Below are positions 27,715 to 35,935 of a stretch of 63,330 nt of DNA, piece by piece. Origin of the DNA: Mycoplasma sp. CAG:877 (GTDB lineage Bacteria; Bacillota_I; Bacilli_A; RF39; UBA660). Every line of letters starts with the position of its first letter. The stretch's first letter is position 1. The stretch lies in contig HF992499.1 in assembly GCA_000433455.1 (NCBI GenBank), positions 193,202 to 256,531 on the forward strand, given 5' to 3'. The notes beneath the pieces were generated by a model, which saw nothing but the letters and a program-made list of their open reading frames with translations, searched no databases and was not told the origin of the DNA. The position numbers and the translations under genes were made by a program.

Positions 27715-29746
27715 ACTATCTATAAAAAACATTACTAAGAGTATGAAAGACTATGCCATCTACTTTTTTACTCTAATATTAGGAGTTGCAATCTTTTACG
27801 TTTTTAACGCAATAGACTCCCAAACAGTAATGTTAAAAGTATCAGGAAGAACCTATGAAATAATAAAATTAATGACTAGTATCTTATCAGCTATAAGTGT
27901 CTTTGTTTCCTTTATCTTAGGTTTCCTAATAATATACGCCTCAAGGTTTCTAATAAAAAGACGAAATAAAGAATTTGCTATTTACTTAACCTTAGGTATG
28001 AGTAAAAGAAAGATATCTTTAATTTTATTCTTTGAAACACTTCTAATAGGTCTAATTTCTCTCATAATTGGACTAGGCCTAGGAGTAGTCTTATCCCAAC
28101 TAATGAGTATTTTAGTTGCTAATATGTTTGAAGCAGATATAACTAAGTTTCAATTTGTTTTTTCACAAAGTGCTTGTCTTAAGACATTAATATATTTTGG
28201 TATTATGTACTTAATTGTAATTATCTTTAATACCATCATCATAAATAAATATAAATTAATTGACTTATTATCATCATCTAAAAAATCTGAAAAAGTAAAA
28301 CTTAAAAACCCATACGTCTGTATAGTAATATTTATTATATCAGTAATCGTCTTAGGACTAGCTTACTACCTAGTAACAGATGGCTTTGAAAAACTAACAA
28401 CAGCAGATCAAATACTAATTCCAATAATTATGGGAATAGTTTCAACATTTACTTTATTCTGGTCTATGTCAGGTCTAATTCTAAAACTAGTAATGTCTCT
28501 AAAAAATATCTATTATAAAGGACTAAATAGTTTTATCGTAAGACAAATAAGTAGTAAAATAAATACCATGGTCTTTTCCATGACAATCATTTGTTTAATG
28601 TTATTTGTAACAATTTGTGTTTTATCAAGTTCCTTATCTTTAAAAAATTCTATGACTAAAAATCTAAAAGAATTAGTCCCTATGGATATTGAGTTTACTA
28701 AACCAGTAAATATAGAAGAAGGAAATGGTTTTAGTGAAATAGAAGTAAACGACTCAAAAATTTCTATTGAAAAAACACTAGAAAATCTTAATCTAAATCC
28801 AGAAGAAGAATTTAAAGATACACTTTCCTTTAATATCTATGAAGATGAAAGTATTATTTTAAAATCATTACTTATTAATAGCCTAGATGAAATATATAAA
28901 GAATATCCATTCCTTCTATATAATCAAACAATAGATTTAATGAAACTAAGTGACTATAATGCTCTAGCTGAAAAATTCAATTTAGAAAAGTACAATCTAA
29001 AAGAAAATGAATATATTGTTATAGTTAATTATGACTACATGGCAAGCATTATAAATACAGGCCTTAAAAATAATCCCGAATTACTATTAAAGAATGAAAC
29101 ATATCATTCAAAATATAAAAAATGTCAAGATGGTTTCTACGAATTAAATAGTTCTCGTTCTAACACAGGCTTTATCGTTTTACCAGATAAAGCACTAGAA
29201 AATCATACATCCATAGCAGAATTCTTAGTAGCTAACTACAAAAACGATAAAGAAAAAACAGAAGATAAAATAGGTGAAGTTCTATCAAACAATTACAACA
29301 AAACAACTTGGTTAACTTACAATAGTAAAATAGATATAGCAAATGCATCAGTTGGTCTAGGTGCCCTAGTAACATTTGTTGGTCTATATTTAGGTATAAT
29401 TTTCTTAATATCAAGTGCCGCAATTCTAGCTTTAAAAGAATTATCTGAATCAACTGATAATAAAGAACGTTATAATATGTTAAGAAAAATAGGAGCTAGT
29501 GAAGAAATGCTAAATAGTGCTTTATTTAAACAAATTGGTATCTTCTTTGCAACACCACTCCTTCTAGCAATCATTCATTCCATATTTGGTATAAAGTTTG
29601 CTAACTTCTTATTAGAATCAATGGGTACTAAAGGTCTACTTTTATCAAATATCATGACTGCTATCTTTTTAGTTGCCATCTATGGAGGATACTTTATCTT
29701 AACTTATTTATGTAGCAAAAATATTATTTCTAAGAGGACTAATTAA
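27701..29746 (+). CDS. BceB-like FtsX-family permease (10 TM with a large extracellular domain)
   Basis: 681 aa overlapping the ATPase gene. 4 TM, then a ~200-aa extracytoplasmic domain, then C-terminal FtsX TM helices. Confidence 0.85.
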   Translation: MMLCKLSIKNITKSMKDYAIYFFTLILGVAIFYVFNAIDSQTVMLKVSGRTYEIIKLMTSILSAISVFVSFILGFLIIYASRFLIKRRNKEFAIYLTLGMSKRKISLILFFETLLIGLISLIIGLGLGVVLSQLMSILVANMFEADITKFQFVFSQSACLKTLIYFGIMYLIVIIFNTIIINKYKLIDLLSSSKKSEKVKLKNPYVCIVIFIISVIVLGLAYYLVTDGFEKLTTADQILIPIIMGIVSTFTLFWSMSGLILKLVMSLKNIYYKGLNSFIVRQISSKINTMVFSMTIICLMLFVTICVLSSSLSLKNSMTKNLKELVPMDIEFTKPVNIEEGNGFSEIEVNDSKISIEKTLENLNLNPEEEFKDTLSFNIYEDESIILKSLLINSLDEIYKEYPFLLYNQTIDLMKLSDYNALAEKFNLEKYNLKENEYIVIVNYDYMASIINTGLKNNPELLLKNETYHSKYKKCQDGFYELNSSRSNTGFIVLPDKALENHTSIAEFLVANYKNDKEKTEDKIGEVLSNNYNKTTWLTYNSKIDIANASVGLGALVTFVGLYLGIIFLISSAAILALKELSESTDNKERYNMLRKIGASEEMLNSALFKQIGIFFATPLLLAIIHSIFGIKFANFLLESMGTKGLLLSNIMTAIFLVAIYGGYFILTYLCSKNIISKRTN

Positions 29747-29825
29747 AAAATTAGTCTTTTTATATGTTATACTAAAAATAGCAAATATAAATAAATAAAA
29801 AATAAGGTGTAATGGAGGAAAGATT

Positions 29826-30145
29826 ATGTATAATTTCAACCTAAATAAAGATGAAGAAATTATAAAAGTGTTTGATGATGTATTAATAAGACAGGAAGGA
29901 GATGAGAAAGTAACAACAATTGCTCTAACAAATAAAAGAGTACTATTTTTAGACTATTTAATAGAAAATGAAGGGCTAGAGGTATGAATTATATAAAATA
30001 CAAAGAAGTGTACTATCAAATTAATTTAAATGATATAGAAAGCATAATTAAAGATAAATTTTATAAAGTCATCTTAAAAAACAAAAATTCATTTGAATTT
30101 GATAAAGGTGAACTATACAGTTTTTTAGAACAAGTTATAAAATAA
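29826..30145 (+). pseudogene. PH/GRAM-like small gene split into two 53-codon ORFs (29826-29987 and 29984-30145) by a -1 frame change
   Basis: GGAGGA RBS before the first ATG. ORF1 is MYNFNLNKDEEIIKVFDDVLIRQEG..ALTNKRVLFLDY... It stops in GTATGA, where ORF2 (MNYIKYKEVYYQINL...ELYSFLEQVIK) starts. Together they read like one beta-sandwich plus a C-terminal helix. Confidence 0.5.
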
Positions 30146-30177
30146 CTAGAAAATAAAGTTAAAAAGATATCGGTTCT

Positions 30178-30205
30178 TTGGCAAATGCATTATACGTGCT
30201 ATAAT
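30178..30205 (+). promoter_or_regulatory. Sigma-A-type promoter for the CAT-like gene (TTGGCA-N16-TGcTATAAT, extended -10)
   Basis: Read directly. Lies about 26 nt upstream of the ATG at 30232. Confidence 0.55.
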
Positions 30206-30231
30206 TAACATCAAGAAAAGAGGTAGATAAA

Positions 30232-30885
30232 ATGCATGAATTAGATATAGAAAATTCTCCACGTAAAAAAACCTATGACTGGTTTAAGTCATTTAAAAAT
30301 CCAACTTATGGAATAAACGTTACTATGGATGTAACTAAATTAGTCGCTTATACTAAAGCAACCAATACATCTTTCTTTATTAATATGTTATACATCGTTG
30401 TAAATGGACTAAACAAAGTACCAGAAATGCGTATGCGTTTTGTTAATAATAAACCTGTAATTTTTGATGATATAAATCCTGCAATTACTGTTATGACTGA
30501 AAATGAAGTTTTTGAAAATGTCCGCTTTGAAAATAAGAAAAATTATCAAGACTTCTATAATCTATCTAAGCAAGAAATTGATAAAGCCAAGCACGAAACA
30601 AAGCTAACTGATAGTAGTTATAATCTTACTGACGCTTGGAACGAATACTACATAACATGTCTTCCTTGGCTAAACTTTACTGGAGCCAATCAACCAATGA
30701 CTGAAGAATTACACTCTCAAACAGTTCCTAGAATATGTTGGGGCAAATATGTTAATAATAATGGTAAATACGAAATGACTCTAAACATTACTGTAAGTCA
30801 CATCTTTGTAGATGGTCTTCATATTTCTAAAGCTTTTAATAATATACAAGAGATTCTAAATGAAGTTGATAAAATATTGAATTAG
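30232..30885 (+). CDS. Chloramphenicol O-acetyltransferase family protein (type A CAT-like)
   Basis: Collinear with classical CATs (W..F......Y, PEMRMRF, NPAITV, LPWLNFTG, GKY). Catalytic region VSHIFVDGLH compared with the classical HHAVCDGFH. Confidence 0.7.
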   Translation: MHELDIENSPRKKTYDWFKSFKNPTYGINVTMDVTKLVAYTKATNTSFFINMLYIVVNGLNKVPEMRMRFVNNKPVIFDDINPAITVMTENEVFENVRFENKKNYQDFYNLSKQEIDKAKHETKLTDSSYNLTDAWNEYYITCLPWLNFTGANQPMTEELHSQTVPRICWGKYVNNNGKYEMTLNITVSHIFVDGLHISKAFNNIQEILNEVDKILN

Positions 30886-30922
30886 TATACGAAAAAGTAT
30901 ACTTTTTTTTAATTAAAAACAC

Positions 30923-30951
30923 TTGACACAAATACCCTCCCTCCCTATAAT
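30923..30951 (+). promoter_or_regulatory. Consensus sigma-A promoter (TTGACA-N17-TATAAT) whose spacer carries ATACCCTCCCTCCC, a candidate CsoR operator
   Basis: Both hexamers are perfect and the spacer is 17 nt. The C-tract is highly atypical for this AT-rich DNA and sits directly upstream of csoR. Confidence 0.6.
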
Positions 30952-30969
30952 GAATTCTAGGTGATAAAT

Positions 30970-31269
30970 ATGAAAAAAGAGTGCCAAAATTGCACTAGAT
31001 CCAAACACAGAACTGAAGCAGAAAAGAAAGCTTTAATAAGAAGACTTCGTATTATCTCAGGCCAAATCAATGGTATAGAGCAAATGATTGTAAACGATCG
31101 TTACTGTGATGATGTCTTAATTCAAATTTCATCAACTACAAACGCACTAAAAAGTCTAGGTAATGAAATACTAAAAAGTCATATGAAAACATGTATGATA
31201 AAAGATATAAAAGATGAAAAATACGAAGTAGTAGATGATATTATAGATTTATTTAGTAAATTAAAATGA
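30970..31269 (+). CDS. csoR: CsoR-family copper-sensing repressor
   Basis: RLRIISGQINGIEQMI, with Cys...His...Cys ligand positions (RYCDDV ... SHMKTCM). Confidence 0.85.
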   Translation: MKKECQNCTRSKHRTEAEKKALIRRLRIISGQINGIEQMIVNDRYCDDVLIQISSTTNALKSLGNEILKSHMKTCMIKDIKDEKYEVVDDIIDLFSKLK

Positions 31270-31282
31270 AAGGAGGAAAACT

Positions 31283-33475
31283 ATGGCAAAAGTAATCTTA
31301 AGTATTTCTGGTATGAGTTGTAGTGCTTGTTCCAATAGCTTAGAAAAATATCTAAACAAACAAAAGGGTATAAAAAACGCTACAGTAAATCTCGTCTTAG
31401 CTCAAGCCTTAATTGAGTATGATGAGTCCCTAACTATTGCTGATTTAAATAAGTTTGTTGAAGAAGCTGGTTTCAAAAGTCTAGGAATATATAATGAAAA
31501 GAAAGAAACAAAAAAAGAAAACAACAAACAAATCTTACTAATTTTCACACTTTTAGTAATCTTAGTTTTATATATTTCTATGGCTCATATGGCACGTCTT
31601 CCAGAAATACCATTTCTAGGTATGAAACATCATCCCATAAACTACACCATATCATTACTAGTATTAACAGTTCCCTTTCTAATATATGGTTTTGACATTT
31701 TTAAATCTGGTTATAAAAACTTACTTCATAAGTCTCCTAATATGGATACATTAGTATCTATAGGAGTCCTAGCTAGTTTTATCTATAGTTTAGTAGGAAC
31801 CTTCCTAGTACTATTCAAATCAACAAGCTATATGGAAACTATTTATTATGAATCGGTAGTAACTGTAATCTACTTTATAAAATTAGGTCGTTATATTGAT
31901 AGAAAGAGTAAAGAAAAGACTAAAGAAGCACTTCAAGAACTAGTTACTATAACTCCTAGTTTTGCTCTTTTAAAAATTGGAAATAAAGAAAAAGAAGTAA
32001 CAATAGACGAAGTAAAAAAAGGAGATATTTTAATTTGCAAACCAGGTATGAAAATAGCTGTAGATGGAACAATTACTAAAGGAAAATCGCACTTCGATGA
32101 GTCATTCATAACTGGAGAGAGTGCTTCATTAAAGAAAGGTCCATCACAAAAAGTAATAGCAGGTAGTCTAAATATTGATGGTACAGTAGAGTATAAAGCT
32201 GAAAAAATCGGTAAAGATACAACCATTTCTGAAATAGTAAGACTAGTAGTAGAAGCAACAAATACTAAAGCTCCACTTGCTAAAATAGCCGATAAAGTAT
32301 CAGGTGTATTTGTACCGGTAATTATCGCTTTAGCAGTCCTAACTTTTATAATTCATCTAGTATTAAAGAATTCACTATCTAGTAGCTTAATCTATTTTGT
32401 AACAGTCTTAGTAGTAGCTTGTCCTTGTGCACTAGGTCTAGCAACACCCGTTGCGATAGTAATAAGTGAAGGTCTTGCTGCTAAAAATGGTATTTTAATA
32501 AAGTCAAGTGAAATACTAGAAAACGCCCATAAAGTAACAACTATTATTTTCGATAAAACAGGAACCTTAACTTATGGTAAATTACAAGTAAATAAGATTT
32601 ATAACTATAGTTCATATAGTGAAAAATCCCTTCTAGAACTAGTTGCTAGTATTGAAAATAAATCATCTCATCCTATTGCTAAAGCCTTTAAAGAAATAAA
32701 TTCATCTCTTGAAGTAACTAACTTTAAAGACATCTCTGGCTACGGAGTAAAAGCAACTATTAACGATAAAGACTACTATCTTGGTAACGGTAAACTCTTA
32801 GAAAAACTATCTATTGATAACAACCATAAAGAAAAAGAAAAGTCCCTTCAAGAATCAGGTAATAGTATTATCTATTGTCTAGAAAATAACAAAGTAATTG
32901 CCTTAATTGGTCTAAAAGATACTCCACGTGATAACGCTAAAAGAATAATTAAAGAGTTAAAATATCAAAATAAAAGAGTTTTAATGCTAACTGGTGATAA
33001 TGAAATAACTGCTAGTGTTGTTGCAAAAGATCTAGGAATTGATGAAGTATATGCTAGTCTTTTACCGCAAGAAAAAACCACTAAAATAAAAGAATTAATC
33101 ACATCAGGTGAAAAAGTCCTAATGGTAGGAGATGGTATTAATGATGCCCCATCACTAAAGACAGCAACTATTGGTGTATCATTATCATCCGGTACTGATA
33201 TAGCAAACAATTCAGCTGATGTCATCTTAATGAATAATAACTTAGTAAGTATAATTAACTTACTAAATATCAGTAAAAAAACAGTCATAAATATAAAAGA
33301 AAATCTCTTCTGGGCTTTCTTCTATAACATCTGTATGATTCCAGTTGCTGCAGGACTACTTAGTAAATATATAACTATGAATCCTATGTTAGCATCCATT
33401 GCCATGACTCTAAGTAGTCTAACCGTTATGTTAAATGCTCTAAGATTAAATAGAATAAAAATAAGAAAAAATTAA
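31283..33475 (+). CDS. copA: Copper-translocating P1B-type ATPase
   Basis: N-terminal HMA domain GMSCSACS, TGES, CPC motif (ACPCALG), DKTGT, GDGINDAP. Confidence 0.95.
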   Translation: MAKVILSISGMSCSACSNSLEKYLNKQKGIKNATVNLVLAQALIEYDESLTIADLNKFVEEAGFKSLGIYNEKKETKKENNKQILLIFTLLVILVLYISMAHMARLPEIPFLGMKHHPINYTISLLVLTVPFLIYGFDIFKSGYKNLLHKSPNMDTLVSIGVLASFIYSLVGTFLVLFKSTSYMETIYYESVVTVIYFIKLGRYIDRKSKEKTKEALQELVTITPSFALLKIGNKEKEVTIDEVKKGDILICKPGMKIAVDGTITKGKSHFDESFITGESASLKKGPSQKVIAGSLNIDGTVEYKAEKIGKDTTISEIVRLVVEATNTKAPLAKIADKVSGVFVPVIIALAVLTFIIHLVLKNSLSSSLIYFVTVLVVACPCALGLATPVAIVISEGLAAKNGILIKSSEILENAHKVTTIIFDKTGTLTYGKLQVNKIYNYSSYSEKSLLELVASIENKSSHPIAKAFKEINSSLEVTNFKDISGYGVKATINDKDYYLGNGKLLEKLSIDNNHKEKEKSLQESGNSIIYCLENNKVIALIGLKDTPRDNAKRIIKELKYQNKRVLMLTGDNEITASVVAKDLGIDEVYASLLPQEKTTKIKELITSGEKVLMVGDGINDAPSLKTATIGVSLSSGTDIANNSADVILMNNNLVSIINLLNISKKTVINIKENLFWAFFYNICMIPVAAGLLSKYITMNPMLASIAMTLSSLTVMLNALRLNRIKIRKN

Positions 33476-33489
33476 AAGGAGATATGAAT

Positions 33490-33711
33490 ATGTTTAAAAG
33501 TATAAAAACTATAATTGAAGTATCAGGCATGAGCTGTGAGCATTGTGCTTCTCGTGTAAAAAGTGCTCTAGAAAAAGAAAAAGACATAAAAAAAGTATCA
33601 GTAGATTTAAAGACCAATACTGTAACATTTACTAGTTCTAAAGAATTAGAACTAGATAAAATAAAAGAAATTATTGAAAATCTAGGATACGTATTTGTAT
33701 CTGTAAAATAA
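33490..33711 (+). CDS. copZ: Copper chaperone (HMA domain)
   Basis: GMSCEHC metal-binding motif in a ~70-aa ferredoxin-like domain. The second ATG is better spaced from AAGGAG. Confidence 0.85.
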   Translation: MFKSIKTIIEVSGMSCEHCASRVKSALEKEKDIKKVSVDLKTNTVTFTSSKELELDKIKEIIENLGYVFVSVK

Positions 33712-34383
<672 letters not shown>

Positions 34384-34541
34384 AAGTTAAAAAAAAATTA
34401 AATAATAAATTAAAAGGATAAAAGCTAAGCTTAAAATAGTTTTACTTTTATTCTTTTTCTATGTAAAGTCTTAAAAAAACAGTGTTAAACAAACAAATAA
34501 TAATTACATCTATGATATACTTATATTAGTAGGTGACATCA

Positions 34542-35216
34542 ATGAAATTAAAAGACTTACAAAAGTACTATGACAAACTTCAACTAGAATACGGTTCTCC
34601 TGATTTAGATTCTATCTATAATGGAGGCTGTGAAACTAATCCTGATATTTGCTTTGTTTTTATGAATCCAACTGGTAGAAATATAGCCTCACAAAAAACT
34701 TGGCACGGTTTAAAGTCTCCTTGGATTGGTACTAAAAACATCTGGGACTTATTTTCTGCCGTTAACTTAATTGATGAAGAAATATATAAAACAATAAAGA
34801 AAATACCAGGATCATCTTGGACAGAAGAGTTTGCCACTCTTGTCTACGATGATGTAGCAAAGCATAAAGTTTTTATAACTAATCTTGGTAAATGTACTCA
34901 AGTAGATGCAAGACCCTTACCAGATAGAGTCTATAAAGAATATTTAGATTTATTATTAAAAGAAATAGAAATAGTAAATCCTAAAGTCATTATCCTATTT
35001 GGTAACCAAGTAAGTAGTATTGTTTTAAACAAAAAGATATCTGTATCAGCTTCTAGAAAAGAAATGCACCCTTTAAAAATAAAAGATAAAACATACAAAA
35101 CATATCCGGTCTATTATCCAATAGGTAATGGGCGTTTCAATATTGATAAATCAATCGAGGATATAAACTGGATAATAGAACAAGAACTAAAAGAAAAAGT
35201 AGGAATAGGAGAGTAA
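34542..35216 (+). CDS. Uracil-DNA glycosylase superfamily protein (divergent)
   Basis: CFVFMNPTGRN in the position of the UDG motif 1 (GxNPG / GEAPG). Length and layout fit the UDG fold. AGGTGA RBS supports the ATG at 34542. Confidence 0.6.
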   Translation: MKLKDLQKYYDKLQLEYGSPDLDSIYNGGCETNPDICFVFMNPTGRNIASQKTWHGLKSPWIGTKNIWDLFSAVNLIDEEIYKTIKKIPGSSWTEEFATLVYDDVAKHKVFITNLGKCTQVDARPLPDRVYKEYLDLLLKEIEIVNPKVIILFGNQVSSIVLNKKISVSASRKEMHPLKIKDKTYKTYPVYYPIGNGRFNIDKSIEDINWIIEQELKEKVGIGE

Positions 35217-35217
35217 T

Positions 35218-35850
35218 ATGTTAGTAGCGATAGATGGCCTAACTAGAGTAGGAAAAACAAGTATTTCAAAAAAACTAGGAGAAAAACTAAATTATTCAGT
35301 CTGTAATTCTGGAAATATTTATCGTCTAATTACTCTTGATCTATTAGAAAACTCCATTACTCCAAAAGATAAAGTACAACTAATCAAGCGATTACCAAAT
35401 ATAAAAATAAATATTACTCCACAAGGACTATATTTAAATGAAAAAAAAGTAACTAATAGACTTGAAGACAAAGATGTCTCTCAAAATGTTTTAGAGTTTT
35501 CTACTATTAAAGAGATAAAAGAGTATGTTAGAACTATTCAAAAAGAGTTCATCAGTAAAAACAAAAACTTAATTATGGAAGGAAGAGACATCTCAGAAAG
35601 AATTATGCCAAACGCTGACATAAAGTTCTATTTATATGCTAGTACTAATAAACGTGCCAAACGTCTACTTCAAAAAAGAAAAGAACTAACTCTTGAACAA
35701 GCAATTGAAATTATAAAAGAAAACGATCAAAAAGATATAGCATCTCTTAATTTTTTAAAACCAAAAAACGCTATCGAAATAGATACCTCAACATCAAACG
35801 TTGATGAAGTAGTAGACCTTATGTTAGAAAAAATCAAAAATGTAAAGTAA
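35218..35850 (+). CDS. cmk: Cytidylate kinase-like P-loop kinase
   Basis: AIDGLTRVGKTSISKKL P-loop, NSGNIYR, MEGRDI, FYLYASTNKRAKR, collinear with Cmk. Starts 1 nt after the UDG stop. Confidence 0.65.
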   Translation: MLVAIDGLTRVGKTSISKKLGEKLNYSVCNSGNIYRLITLDLLENSITPKDKVQLIKRLPNIKINITPQGLYLNEKKVTNRLEDKDVSQNVLEFSTIKEIKEYVRTIQKEFISKNKNLIMEGRDISERIMPNADIKFYLYASTNKRAKRLLQKRKELTLEQAIEIIKENDQKDIASLNFLKPKNAIEIDTSTSNVDEVVDLMLEKIKNVK

Positions 35851-35935
35851 ACTTACCAAAATTCCAAGTAAAATTGCTTGTATGCAACCAACTAAATACA
35901 TATAATTATCTTAATTAAAAGAAAGGAAACAGTAT

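Noticed and set aside
29982-29990. Programmed -1 ribosomal frameshift joining the two 53-codon ORFs.
   Set aside because: There is no X-XXY-YYZ slippery heptamer and no obvious downstream stimulatory structure at GAG-GTA-TGA. A mutation or termination-reinitiation is more parsimonious.
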